A program made the translations under genes and the position numbers. A DNA stretch of 64,000 nucleotides, from the NCBI GenBank assembly GCA_963714015.1, contig OY970223.1:64001-128000 (forward strand), written 5' to 3'. A model generated the notes under the pieces. The model did no database searches and had not been told where the DNA came from. It saw only the letters and a list, made by a program, of their open reading frames with translations. This DNA is from Vulcanimicrobiota bacterium (GTDB lineage Bacteria > Vulcanimicrobiota > Vulcanimicrobiia > Vulcanimicrobiales > Vulcanimicrobiaceae). This document shows, in pieces, positions 10,378 to 20,818 of this stretch (position 1 is the stretch's first letter; each line of letters starts with the position of its first letter).

Positions 10378-11179
10378 ATGAACACTGGAACGCAAAATTC
10401 ACGCCCAATCGCCGGTGTCACCGGTGCTTCCAGCGGCATCGGACGCGCGCTTGCGGAGCAGTTCGCGAAAAACGGGTTCGATCTAGTCATCGCAGCAGAA
10501 GACGAAAACATCGACGCAGCAGCGGACGAGCTTCGGGCGCTGGGATGCAGCGTCTATCCGGTTCGGGCAGATCTTACGGAAGAAGCGGGCGTGGAAGAGT
10601 TTGCGGCCGCGCTGCGGCAGTACGGTCCGCCATATGCCGTGGCAATCAATGCGGGCATCGGCAGCAGCGGCCGATTCGCCGAGACGGAGCTGGAGCAAGA
10701 GTTACGTTTGGTGGATCTGAACTGCCGCTCCGTCGTGCATTTGGCAAAGCGCGTGGTGCAGATGATGAATGGCAGGGAAGGCCGCATCCTCGTGACCAGT
10801 TCCATAGCCTCACTCGCGCCGGGCCCCTACGAGGCCGTCTATTCCGCCTCCAAGGCCTTTGATTATTCATTTGCGCTTGCATTACGTCACGAGCTTCAAG
10901 AAACCGAAATCAGCGTAACGGCCCTCATGCCCGGTCCTACCGAAACAAATTTTTTCACGCGCGCGCACGCGGAGGATACAAAACTCGGGCAAGAGCCGAA
11001 AGACGATCCGCAGCTCGGTTGCCAAACAAGGCTATGAAGCCCTGATGTCGGGCAAGGACCACGTCATCGCCGGATCGATGAAGACGAAGATCCAGGGCGC
11101 GATTATGGGCGCGCTTCCCGACAAGGCGAGCGCCGCCATGCACGCGCAAGAATCGAAACCGGGATCGGCAAAAAAATGA
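10378..11179 (+). CDS. short-chain dehydrogenase/reductase with a +1 frameshift near 11017
   Basis: TGASSGIG, NAG, YSASK; C-terminus continues in another frame to TGA at 11177-11179. Confidence 0.8.
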
Positions 11180-11945
11180 TGGAACGAAAAACATTCGTGG
11201 GCGTGGCCAGCGCTGCCTTAACGGCAGTCTTCAGTCTGGGACGGGCAGATGCCGCAAGTCCGGTCAGCGAGAAAGTCAAACGCAATCCGCAAACGGAGTA
11301 TCCGAAACCGCCATATCCGGAGCAGTCGTAGCCATGGCCCGGTCTTGCGAGCCGCATGACGCCTCGCCCCGATCACGGCGAACTCTCGTATCGCGGCAGC
11401 GGCAGGCTAACGGGCCGCAAAGCACTTATCACCGGCGGTGATTCCGGCATGGGCTCGCGCTGCGGCAGCCTGACGCGGCGGAAGTTCTGCAGTATGTCCG
11501 CTCCGCCGGACGCAGAGCCTTTGCACTGCCCGGCGATATTCGAAGCGAGTCGTTCTGCACGAACCTTGTGGATCGCGCCGCATAGCAGCTGGGCGGACTA
11601 CACATCGTCGTCAATTGCGCTGCGCGCCAGCAATCGCGCCAATCCATTGCCGATCTTACGACGGACGAGTTCGACTGGACGATGAAGACGAATCTGTATG
11701 CGATGTTCTGGCTAACCAAAGCGGCGCTCGAGCACATGGGTCCGGGTTCCGCGATCATCAATACTGCGTCGATTCAGGCCTACGATCCGTCGCCGAACCT
11801 GTTTCATTATTCAATGACCAAGGCCGCTATTGCGAATTTCACCAAAGCGATGGCCAAACAACTCGCATTAGCCGGGCGCGGAATTAGGATCAATGCGGTT
11901 GCTCCCGGCCCGATATGGACGCCGCTTCAAGTCAGTGGAGGACAC
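11179..11945 (+). pseudogene. YghA-like SDR oxidoreductase pseudogene (in-frame stop, internal deletions, 3' truncation)
   Basis: [69 protein letters not shown], then homology breaks. Confidence 0.8.
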
Positions 11946-12020
11946 CCTACCAACCTTTATCAAGGCGGGAAATTCTCCAAACCACGGACTCGCAAAGCGA
12001 GCGCGACGCCGCGGACCCCT

Positions 12021-12093
12021 CGGTGTCTATACACGCAATTTCGCCCTGATTAGTACTTTTTAGGCAGCTCGAATGAGACCGCATTAGAACGCT
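12021..12093 (+). repeat. degenerate or partial copy R0b of the dispersed element
   Basis: CGGTGTCT...AATTTCGCCCTGATTAGTACTTTTT resembles core plus box; TGAGACCGCATTAGAACG resembles TGAGTCCGCACTAGAACG of R7. Confidence 0.45.
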
Positions 12094-12095
12094 GC

Positions 12096-12140
12096 TTGAC
12101 AAGGCATACCATGCCATGTATACTGTGCCACACACACTAT
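12096..12140 (+). promoter_or_regulatory. sigma70-type promoter overlapping a candidate PadR operator
   Basis: TTGACA (12096-12101), 17 bp spacer, TATACT (12119-12124); imperfect inverted repeat ATACTGTG...CACACTAT. Confidence 0.75.
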
Positions 12141-12503
12141 ATGGTAACCACTACGGCCGTTTCTGCACCAGGGGAATCCGAACGCTTTGAGGCGCTGCGT
12201 CAAGAGCTGCGGCGGGGCTGCCTGGCGCTGGCCGTCCTGGCACAACTGCGCCGAGAGCATTACGGCTACACGTTGCGCAAGGCGCTCGACGATCTCGGTC
12301 TGGAGATCGACGAAGGCACCCTGTACCCGCTGCTGCGCCGACTCGAATCTCAGGGCCTACTCGAGAGCGAGTGGCGGGAGACCGACAAGCGCCGCAAGCG
12401 GTTCTACAAAATTTCATTGAGCGGTGAACGCGTGCTCACCATGCTCGAAGACGAATTCGCTCGCCTCAATGCGGCGCTTGCACGCATCATTCAGGAGGCT
12501 TGA
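12141..12503 (+). CDS. PadR family transcriptional regulator
   Basis: YGYTLRK...EGTLYPLLRRLESQGLL...RRKRFYKIS. Confidence 0.92.
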   Translation: MVTTTAVSAPGESERFEALRQELRRGCLALAVLAQLRREHYGYTLRKALDDLGLEIDEGTLYPLLRRLESQGLLESEWRETDKRRKRFYKISLSGERVLTMLEDEFARLNAALARIIQEA

Positions 12504-13435
12504 GTACCGTGACCACGCTTGACCGTTATCTCGCCGCCGTGCAGCAGCATCTTCCCGAATCGCTCGACGATCGGCAGGGTATCGTGGACGAGCTCGCCGA
12601 CGCCATTCATTCCGATCTAGAGGATCGACAAGCGCTACTCGGACGGACGCTTACCGATGACGAGGTCTCGCATTTCATCAAAGGCTTCGGCCATCCGCGA
12701 TCGGTTGCGGCGCGTTATGCAAAGCAGCATGGGCTGGTCGATCGTGAAATCTTCCCTTTTTATGTCGACGTCTTGACGAAAATTCTCTCGTTTGCCATTC
12801 CAGCCGAACTTCTGATTTTCACGGCAATCGCCGTTGCTACGCGTGACATGGCGTGGTTCTGGCAAGGCTTCTCAACGGCGTGGCAATCGCTGCTTCTAAT
12901 CTCGGCGATCGTAACGATCCTCTTCGCGGTCTTCGAGCGCCTTCCTCAATACGAGCACCGGCTCGGCATGCTGGGCTGCGATTGGGACCCGCAGCGTCTT
13001 CCCGCATCCTATTCAGCACATCCGTCCAACGCGCGGGCAGGCGGGTTTGCCGCATTCTTCTTCAACGCAATCGCACTGCTGCTGCTGCTTCAGATTCCGT
13101 CGTTCGGAGTCTCCTGGCTCGCGTTCGTAATGACGCCATCATGGCATCCCCTGTACGTTTTCGCGATCATCGCGACGGGCGCGACGGCGCTTACCGGTTT
13201 GCTGATCCTTGCGCTGCCGAGGGTCGCCCCTGTACGAGATTGGGCGGCCATTGCAGTCAACGCCCTCCTTATCGTCGGATGCGCTATCGCGCTGCACGGC
13301 GTATGGACGACAAGCAGCATCGCGGTCGTCGTCACGCTGGTTGCCGCAATCGCAATACTCGCGTTCTACGGTGCGGCGAGTTTTCGGAGCGTCGCCACGC
13401 CGGCGTGGAACCAAAGGCGCCAACCAGACCTCTAG
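12500..13435 (+). CDS. PadR-associated membrane protein with HAAS-like N-terminus
   Basis: LDRYLAAVQQHLP...DELADAI...GFGHPRSVAARY followed by several TM helices. Confidence 0.75.
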   Translation: MSTVTTLDRYLAAVQQHLPESLDDRQGIVDELADAIHSDLEDRQALLGRTLTDDEVSHFIKGFGHPRSVAARYAKQHGLVDREIFPFYVDVLTKILSFAIPAELLIFTAIAVATRDMAWFWQGFSTAWQSLLLISAIVTILFAVFERLPQYEHRLGMLGCDWDPQRLPASYSAHPSNARAGGFAAFFFNAIALLLLLQIPSFGVSWLAFVMTPSWHPLYVFAIIATGATALTGLLILALPRVAPVRDWAAIAVNALLIVGCAIALHGVWTTSSIAVVVTLVAAIAILAFYGAASFRSVATPAWNQRRQPDL

Positions 13436-13494
13436 AAACAGCGGCAAGGGAGCGTCGACGAGTTAAGCTGCGCCTTTGCGAACGCGTCGTCCGG

Positions 13495-13983
13495 CTACTT
13501 AAGTGCGTCGCGCAACGCGCGTCTCAGATCACCCATGCCTGGATAAACGAAGTTATCGATCTTCAACCCTGAGGAAGTATGAACCACTATAACCCGCACC
13601 ATGGTGCTGCCGTTACCGCCCGAAAGCCGCACGCGCACCTGAACCGCGCTCGTTCCACGATTGGAAGAGCTGCCGATCGCGTAAGAAGCCGGCTCGGCCT
13701 GCGCTCCGCTGAAAGGATCGAAATCGAGCATTTGCGCCTGTTCTTGACGTTCTTTGCTGACGAGTTTCTCGAGCGAAGCATAGAGCGACGGCGTTAAGTA
13801 AGCGCGTGCGCCGGAAATGTTTGTCCAATCTCCATGCGTGGCTAAATACCACGTGTAAAAGGCATTGACGACGCGAACCGCTCCGGAAGTTTGGGCGTAC
13901 GCGATGCGGCCTCCAAAAACGGCAATCGCGATCAACACGAAAGCGGTGAAGAGCGGGTGAATTCGAACGCGCATTTGCTTCAA
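13495..13983 (-). CDS. secreted DUF3828/YbjP-like protein
   Basis: signal peptide, VVNAFYTWYL, LDFDPFSGAQ, KIDNFVY. Confidence 0.65.
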   Translation of the reverse strand: MKQMRVRIHPLFTAFVLIAIAVFGGRIAYAQTSGAVRVVNAFYTWYLATHGDWTNISGARAYLTPSLYASLEKLVSKERQEQAQMLDFDPFSGAQAEPASYAIGSSSNRGTSAVQVRVRLSGGNGSTMVRVIVVHTSSGLKIDNFVYPGMGDLRRALRDALK

Positions 13984-14162
13984 CGATAGGCGCCTAAATC
14001 GGTCACGGCAAGGGCCACTTGCACTACGTCGGCGACACGCACGGAACGTTACTCAGGACGCCGCGCGGCCGTTGTAGCGTCCGTGATGTTTATACGGTAC
14101 TCCGAGCTGACTCATGAACGCCTCATAGCGCGTCCACATTCTAGACGGGCATACCCCGCGGT

Positions 14163-15953
14163 TCATATTCCGGCGTGGCGAAGCGAGTCGAGGACTTCGC
14201 GCATTAACGCTGCATCGTGCTTGAGCAGAACGTTTTCCGCGTGCATTTCGCTGAGTTCGCTGGAAAGCGCGGCGGCACGGATATGTTCGTATGCGCCTGC
14301 GGCAGCCTGACAGAGTTGCTCGAGCACGCGTTTCTCGTCACCGTCGATCGCCTCGCCGCCGGCGTGGCCGCCGTACAATACGAAGCCGCAGAGCCGGTGA
14401 CGTACGATGAGCGGTACAGCCAAAAGCGGATGCTCCAGGCCGGCGGGCAGGCTGTCCGTTCGAAGGTCCGCTATCGCGATCGTTTGCAGTTCCGCGCGAA
14501 GCGTGAGTGCGAGACGATCCCCGGATGAAAACGATTGCGCATCGCCGTGCGCCCATCCGCGCGAGCAGACGCGTTCGAACCGTCCGGCCGTAACCTCACG
14601 GAAAACTGCCGCCGATGCGAGCGAGAAAGCGTCCGCGGCCTCATCCACCAGCGTTTGGTCGACGAACGCCGCAGTTTCGGCATGCGAGAGAGCGCGCGCC
14701 TCACGCTGGACGCGCGCTTCGGCTAAGTGCCGCCGGCGGAACAGCACGCGATCGACGAACCGATCGACGCGCGCGTGAAGCGTATTGAGCCAGACACCAA
14801 ACGCGAGCGCCACAACTGCCTCGAGCACCAGTGCGATTTGCAGATGCTCCAAAAATCTGGATGAAAGAAAATCAACGAGCGCAAACGCGCCGACAACGAT
14901 ACCGGTGAGTATCGAGTACACGACTGTCCGACTGACCGCAAACGACACATCAATGACGCGGTGGCGCACGATACCGTAAGCAACTGCCGCAGCGAGTGCG
15001 ATCATAGCTAGCGCCATCATCGCGCACAATGAAAACATCACGGCTTGCTCCGTCACGGCGGCGCGCGTAATCTGATATAGCATGCGAGATGCGACGAAAA
15101 GCGCGTACGCCGCGAGCACCGGAATGATGCGCTGCCGTTCGCTGCCGACGGATGCATACGCTGACATCGCAAGCACGCAAATTGCGACGATCGTCAGCGC
15201 GATGTCAAGGTAGATTTGGTAGACCGCGACGGCTAGCGCAAGCGGCGGGACGGGGCCAAGCAAGGCAAGCGTTACATAAATCGTCTCGAGTGCTACCGCG
15301 GCGCCGATGGCCGGCGCGGCGCGGTCCAGTGCTGCAATCGCGCCGCGCGGCCGGTCGTACGGAAAACGGCAGACGAAGATGATGATTCCGGCCGCGGATA
15401 ATCCGCGAATCAGATCGACGGCAACATTCGCCAGCAAATATGCGCCCACACCGCGGTGTCCGTAATCGAAGGCTGCTGCCTGCGGAAGTGCAAAGACCAG
15501 CGTGGAAAGCAAAAATGCCCACGTCATGCGCGATGGCCGCAAGTACACGAGCGCGAGCGCGAAGAGCGCAAACAGTTGACCGACAAGATGCGAGATGTGC
15601 TGCACCGCGTTTACCGCGGGGTCCCACGCACGCGCCGGAACGGAAATTGTGCGTGTTTCGCTGCCCGGGTGCGCGATACTGAACGTGAGGCGCTGCCCTT
15701 GACGCAGCTGCTGCACGAGCACGGCGTTCGCGCGGCCCATTACCGGCAAACGCAACCAATCGATTTTGTCGCCCGCCCGCACGCCGGCGTCCGCAATTGC
15801 GCCGCGGCGCGTCACATACGAGACGGTCGTGGCATCGCTCCCGACATTCCAGCCGAGCGGGCCGTATGCGACGTTCCAAGTGCCGAGCTCAACGGCAATG
15901 CACAACCCAACGCAGCATGCGAACAGCGCTAAGATTGCCGATCGGATGGCCAT
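14163..15953 (-). CDS. PDZ-like + multi-TM + GAF-like membrane protein with no output domain (paralogue 2)
   Basis: ADAGVRAGDKI (PDZ-like), RHRVIDVSFAVSRTVVY, HARVDRFVDRVLFRRRH, LAVPLIVRHRLCGFVLYG. Confidence 0.8.
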   Translation of the reverse strand: MAIRSAILALFACCVGLCIAVELGTWNVAYGPLGWNVGSDATTVSYVTRRGAIADAGVRAGDKIDWLRLPVMGRANAVLVQQLRQGQRLTFSIAHPGSETRTISVPARAWDPAVNAVQHISHLVGQLFALFALALVYLRPSRMTWAFLLSTLVFALPQAAAFDYGHRGVGAYLLANVAVDLIRGLSAAGIIIFVCRFPYDRPRGAIAALDRAAPAIGAAVALETIYVTLALLGPVPPLALAVAVYQIYLDIALTIVAICVLAMSAYASVGSERQRIIPVLAAYALFVASRMLYQITRAAVTEQAVMFSLCAMMALAMIALAAAVAYGIVRHRVIDVSFAVSRTVVYSILTGIVVGAFALVDFLSSRFLEHLQIALVLEAVVALAFGVWLNTLHARVDRFVDRVLFRRRHLAEARVQREARALSHAETAAFVDQTLVDEAADAFSLASAAVFREVTAGRFERVCSRGWAHGDAQSFSSGDRLALTLRAELQTIAIADLRTDSLPAGLEHPLLAVPLIVRHRLCGFVLYGGHAGGEAIDGDEKRVLEQLCQAAAGAYEHIRAAALSSELSEMHAENVLLKHDAALMREVLDSLRHAGI

Positions 15954-16094
15954 ACAGCACGGTATTCGGTTGCACGGGACCTCCGCCCTACGGCCAAAGG
16001 GCGGACCAGCAACCGTGGATGATTGCACCTATTTTTTGTGCTGAATAATGATCGATCTGGATTGATCGATTTGGGAACAGCCCAGTTTACTCTT

Positions 16095-16220
16095 TGAGAC
16101 TACTTCCCTTAACGCACGGTTTTTCGTCAGTTAGGCTAGGCAGCACTAAAAGGGACGTAGTCTCATCTTTTAGGCGCATTTCACACGAACTAGCAGTCTT
16201 GGCGTGGATTTCACCCTAAC
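16095..16220 (+). repeat. copy R1 of the dispersed element, including a 16-bp inverted repeat
   Basis: CAGTTAGGC...GACGTAGTCTCATCTTTTAGGCGCATTTCACACGAACTAGC...TTTCACCCTAAC; boxes at 16179 and 16209. Confidence 0.8.
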
Positions 16221-16301
16221 GACCGGCGCCCCACCCCGAGGACCTTTGGCCCATGTCAGCCGGCGCGATGAAAGTTCAAACGCCGACGCGAAGGCTACGT
16301 C

Positions 16302-17816
16302 ATGTGGAACCGCATGCTGCCGCTTATTTCGTGGTTCCTGGGTGCTGTGGTCGTCTCGACTCAGATCGCTAATCAGATCGCCCTCTTTGCCTACGATGAC
16401 GGCCACGTCACGCTTGCGCAGAAGTTCCTCGGCTTTTACGGCTTCACTGACGCCTTATTCGCGAGCTGCGCAATCGTGATCGCGGCGTGGCTGGTCACCG
16501 TTCGTCCGGGATGGATGACTTTCTCGCTATTCCTGGCATCGCTCAACGCCGCCGATTCCTTTTTGGGAGGTCTCCCCATATCGCCCGCGGCCAGCGATGC
16601 CATCCATTTCATCTCCACGATTCTGACGCATAACGGCTTCTGGCCGGCTCTAATTATTTTTGCTCTTCGCTTCCCCGATGACAATACGCGAGGATGGCGA
16701 GTTCGTGCGGATCGCTTTGCGTTCGCAGTATCCATTGCCGCTGAAAGCTTTCTCATCGCAAACGAGCTCCACGAGTATCCGAAAACACTCCACGGCAGTT
16801 TTTCGGGCGAGTCCGTGATGGCGTATTTTTCGGCGGCATGGCTGCTGATCGCCGGCGGCATCCTCATCGCCCGTTACCGGGAGGGCGCGGGGCGCACGCA
16901 AATGCAAATCCGGCTCGCTCTTTTTGGCATGGTCGCCGGCCTGTGCTATCTCGTATACGCGATGTTTCTGATCGCCGTTCGCGTCCCGGTCGTCGGCTAT
17001 GGAACCGCATTTGGATTGTGGGCAGGATTCGGGTCGGCAGCCATTGCCATAATTCCGGCGTGCACGGCATATGCGCTCGTCAAAAGCAGTTACATCGATC
17101 CACTATTCGTCCTCAATCGAGCTACGGTATTCGCTGCGACGGCAGTCTCGCTCGGCGCGTCCATCGCCGGCGTCGATTGGCTCATTGAACATTACCTTAC
17201 AGAGACTGGAACGGCACTTGCGCTGCAGGCGATTGCGACAATCGTGCTGGCGCTCATAATGAATACGGTGCACCGGCGCATTGAGACCGTTGTGGAGCGA
17301 ACCTTGTTTCGTTCGAGGTACGACGCAGCTCGATACCTGCGCCGCCTTGGCGCATCGCTGGCCCTGGCTTCGAATGAATCCATAATCGAGGAAGCCCTGG
17401 CGATTCAGGCCTCGGAATCTTTGGGGCTCGCCTCGGCAGCGTTGTTTCGCCGCAACGGCGGCAGTGAATACACCCGCGTAGCCGCCGCCGGTTGGCGTCC
17501 AACAGATGCGGGGTGCCTGGAGGCCGACGACCAGCTCGTGCGCTTTTTGCGCTCCGCGCGCTCGCCGTTGAAGATACGGGAGGCCCGCTGGTCACGCAGC
17601 GATGTTCCCCAGGGAAGCCATGCGCCGGTGATTGCGATCCCGTTGATTGTGCGCGAGCAGATGGCGGGATTTGTGCTCTACGGCGCACATACGGATCACA
17701 GCAAGATCGATTCGGTCGAAGAGCAGCATCTGGTCGATCTCATCGATCGCGCGTGCTCCGCATTCGATCATGTAGAAAATTCGGAGCTCCGTGCATTATT
17801 AGCGACATCGCACTGA
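16302..17816 (+). CDS. multi-TM + GAF-like membrane protein with no output domain (paralogue 3)
   Basis: FALRFP, FVLNRATVF, HRRIETVVERTLFRSRY, IAIPLIVREQMAGFVLYG. Confidence 0.8.
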   Translation: MWNRMLPLISWFLGAVVVSTQIANQIALFAYDDGHVTLAQKFLGFYGFTDALFASCAIVIAAWLVTVRPGWMTFSLFLASLNAADSFLGGLPISPAASDAIHFISTILTHNGFWPALIIFALRFPDDNTRGWRVRADRFAFAVSIAAESFLIANELHEYPKTLHGSFSGESVMAYFSAAWLLIAGGILIARYREGAGRTQMQIRLALFGMVAGLCYLVYAMFLIAVRVPVVGYGTAFGLWAGFGSAAIAIIPACTAYALVKSSYIDPLFVLNRATVFAATAVSLGASIAGVDWLIEHYLTETGTALALQAIATIVLALIMNTVHRRIETVVERTLFRSRYDAARYLRRLGASLALASNESIIEEALAIQASESLGLASAALFRRNGGSEYTRVAAAGWRPTDAGCLEADDQLVRFLRSARSPLKIREARWSRSDVPQGSHAPVIAIPLIVREQMAGFVLYGAHTDHSKIDSVEEQHLVDLIDRACSAFDHVENSELRALLATSH

Positions 17817-17843
17817 AACCGTAACCAGTAGGCAATCGAAGCG

Positions 17844-17914
17844 CTGGAATGCCGGAACGCTAGAACGCTAAAACGGCGTTGTCTCACGTTTAGCGCTATT
17901 TCACTTTAACAGCC
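17844..17914 (+). repeat. copy R2 of the dispersed element (four 8-mers, core, one box)
   Basis: CTGGAATG CCGGAACG CTAGAACG CTAAAACG GCGTTGTCTCAC...TTTCACTTTAAC. Confidence 0.88.
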
Positions 17915-17934
17915 ATTCTCTCCCTACCAACCTT

Positions 17935-18480
17935 GTGAGCGCGGCACGGCTCGCGCTTGCCGCTGCAGTGCTCTACGCGGTCCTGAAGCGCCGGGTGTTC
18001 GACCTTTCGTTTGCCGTCAGCAAGACGCTGGTCTACCGATCATCACCTCGCTCGCCGTCGGCGCCTTCGTTCTTATTGCTCGAAGTGTGCGTCGCCTTGG
18101 GCTTCGGGATTTGGCTGAACGCGATGCATAACGGCATCGATCACTTCGTCGACCGCGTACTGTTCCGCCGGCGGCATCTCGCCGAGGTCACGATCGAAAC
18201 GTGCGATGCGCTGGATCTTTCGTCGGCTGCAGTATTCCGCAAAGACGGCGAACGCACTTCAAGCGATTTACTTCACTTGGATGGATTCGCAGCACGCAGT
18301 GGCAACCGCCGGTGAGAACCTTCGTGGTTCGACATGAAGTCGAGGGCTTTTTGCTTTAGGGCGCGCACAACGGCGGCCAAGCCGTCGACCCGGACGAGCA
18401 GCGAGTGCTCGAATGTTTGACGCAAGCCGCTGTCCCGACCGTACGAATATCTGCGCGCGAAAGCATTCCAGGGCGATGCA
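17935..18480 (+). pseudogene. collapsed remnant of a TM-GAF paralogue (paralogue 4)
   Basis: KRRVFDLSFAVSKTLVY, WLNAMHNGIDHFVDRVLFRRRHLAE, later AHNGGQAVDPDEQRVLE; N-terminus and internal segments missing. Confidence 0.8.
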
Positions 18481-18708
18481 CGCGCACTACGCGCCGAAAT
18501 GCCACAGCACCGCTAGACACGTTCTGATGTAGCGCGACCGACAGATGGTGCAGGATTTGCTTTGGTGCGGTCGAGCGATACGAGCGCACGCGAGAGACTG
18601 GATAAGAAGGGCCGGCCAAAAACGGCCGAGCCTTCAAAAAGCCCCGTGTTGCCAGATAGTTTTGGGTGTCTTGCGCCTCTATCTTGACATTTATAGAATT
18701 ACGAGGTC

Positions 18709-18785
18709 CTAGAACGGCGTTCTCTCACCTTTTAGGAGAATTTCACTCTAACTAGCCGTTTTTGCACGCATTTCACCCTAACTGC
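18709..18785 (+). repeat. copy R3 of the dispersed element (one 8-mer, core, two boxes)
   Basis: CTAGAACG GCGTTCTCTCACCTTTTAGGAGAA TTTCACTCTAACT (18741) ... TTTCACCCTAACT (18771). Confidence 0.9.
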
Positions 18786-18849
18786 GTTTTTTTCACGTTG
18801 CCAGTCAAGAAAATAGGGCTCCCGAACCCGCCACGTCGAAAACCCTTAA

Positions 18850-20528
18850 ATGCGGCCAAGGCATATCGCTGCCGTTTTCTGCGCGGCCATTGCGCTGATT
18901 TTTGTCCTCGCCATAGGGGCGAGTCTTCCCCAGGCGAGCGCCGGTATAAGACTGGGGATTTCACAGCGGGTCGCGCCCGATCATTTCCGCATTTCCCAGC
19001 TTCCACGGGGTAGCACCTCGGGCGCACGAGTAGGCGACGTTCTCGATACGCGGGCGCTCACCGTCGAACAGCGTTCGCGCTATTGGAACGGAGAATCGCG
19101 CGCCGGTGCGACGGTTGCGGTCACGCTGTTCCGCAACGGTAAGCCCGTGACCGTGTACGCCACGGTGCCGGCGCGGGATCCGCAGACGCAGGTCGCAGAC
19201 GACATCTGGTTTGGACTGTTGTGTTTCGGGGTCGTCGCAGGCTTGCTGCTGATGTCCCGCGGCCGCGGCAAGGCGTCGTTCACCGCAGGCCTGATGCTGC
19301 TCACGCTCGGCATAACATTAGCGCCGATCGGTGCATGGATTACGCCGGTTTGGCTAAGCGTCGCGCTATTTGAACTGGAGTCTGGTGCCAACCGGCGTTT
19401 GCGGTTTGCGCGTTCGTACTCGGCATGTTGCTATTGCGCGAGAGCGTCTCGCGTCCTGTTCGGGCATTGCTCATTATTGCGGCGTCTATTGCGATCGGGA
19501 GCGAAACCTTCGTCTGGTCTTTCGACTACGGCCTGTGGATGTTCACCGGCCACACCGAAGGCGGTCAACTGGTTTATCCGTACGCGGCCACTGCGTGGAT
19601 ATCGGTGACCATTCTGACGTTTGCGTTAGCGGCGGCTCGAACGCGAGGAAGTGATGCGGCAGCAGTCCGTACGCTCTTCGTCGCCACACTCATCGGGCTG
19701 GGCGCTATTGCTTGTACGTATTTGGCCGAGTTCCATTTGGTGCCCACGCCGCCGCGGCTGGTGTCGGCCGTATGTCAGCTCGTACTGTTCGTCGGCTACT
19801 TTTATGCCTTTTTTGCGCGCCGCCTGGTTGCACTGGATTTTGTGATCAGCCGCGCGGCGGTGTTTACCATTCTCGCGGGTGTCATTGCCGGCGTACTCGC
19901 CCTTGTTGAGAAATTCGTCGAATCATTCGCGCTCGGGCGTGAATCGATTTTCGTGGTCGAACTCGGTGCGACACTGCTGGTGGCGCTGTCGTTCCGGTGG
20001 CTGGAACGCCGCATCAGCGTCGCCGTGGAGCAGGTGTTTTACCGCGACAAATTGAGGGCCGCCGAGGCGCTGGGCGCTTTGACCGACGATTTCCCCTTTC
20101 ATCGCGATCGGACCGCGCTGGCCAATCATCTCGTCCGCGAAGTACTCCGCCAGCTGCGCGTACCTTCAGCGGTTTTGTATTTCGCGAAAGGGCACGAATA
20201 CGTCGCTGAAGGCGCTGCGGGCGCCGACCTCTTATCCTGCCCGCCCGTTGCGGATACCGATCCCGCTATTCTTCGTTTGCGATCCAAGCATAGCCCGATA
20301 GACTGCCATGATTTTCAAACACAATTGGGATCGAGCGGGTACGCGTTTCCACTCGACGTGTTGGGGCGTGCAATCGGCTGTCTATACGTTGCAGCGCGCG
20401 CAAATGGAGAAGGGCTAGATCCGGACGAACGCACATTGCTTACGCGCCTTGCGCATGAAGCCGCAACGGCATTACTTTGGATGACGGAGCACAAAACAGC
20501 CGCAGCAGATGAGGCTTACAGCACTTAG
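18850..20528 (+). CDS. PDZ-like + multi-TM + GAF-like membrane protein (paralogue 5), frameshifted near 19375-19415
   Basis: SGARVGDVL; RRLVALDFVISRAAVF, AFPLDVLGRAIGCLYV, GEGLDPDE in ORF 19425-20528. Confidence 0.75.
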
Positions 20529-20541
20529 AGCACGCAGCGAA

Positions 20542-20570
20542 GAAAAGCCCTCGGTTATTGCGGGCTTTTC
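20542..20570. terminator. bidirectional terminator-like hairpin upstream of R4
   Basis: GAAAAGCCC-TCGGTTATTGC-GGGCTTTTC. Confidence 0.7.
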
Positions 20571-20584
20571 AATTTCGCGCAAGA

Positions 20585-20682
20585 TGAGAACGCTAAAACG
20601 CCAGAACGTCAGAATGGCGTTGTCTCACGTTTTAAGCGAATTTCTCCGTAACTAGCGATTTTTGCACGCATTTAACCCAACT
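20585..20682 (+). repeat. copy R4 of the dispersed element (four 8-mers, core, two boxes)
   Basis: TGAGAACG CTAAAACG CCAGAACG TCAGAATG GCGTTGTCTCAC...TTTCTCCGTAACT (20641)...TTTAACCCAACT (20671). Confidence 0.9.
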
Positions 20683-20818
20683 CAACGGTGAAGTGCCTCT
20701 GACCACATAACCGGTTAATGGAGTTTCTCGGTTAGTAGCGCGGTTCCAGGAACGCGGCGTGCGCGCGGCCTACGCCTAGGGGTGGAATTAGGCCGTGCGT
20801 CTAAGATATTACGTTGCC

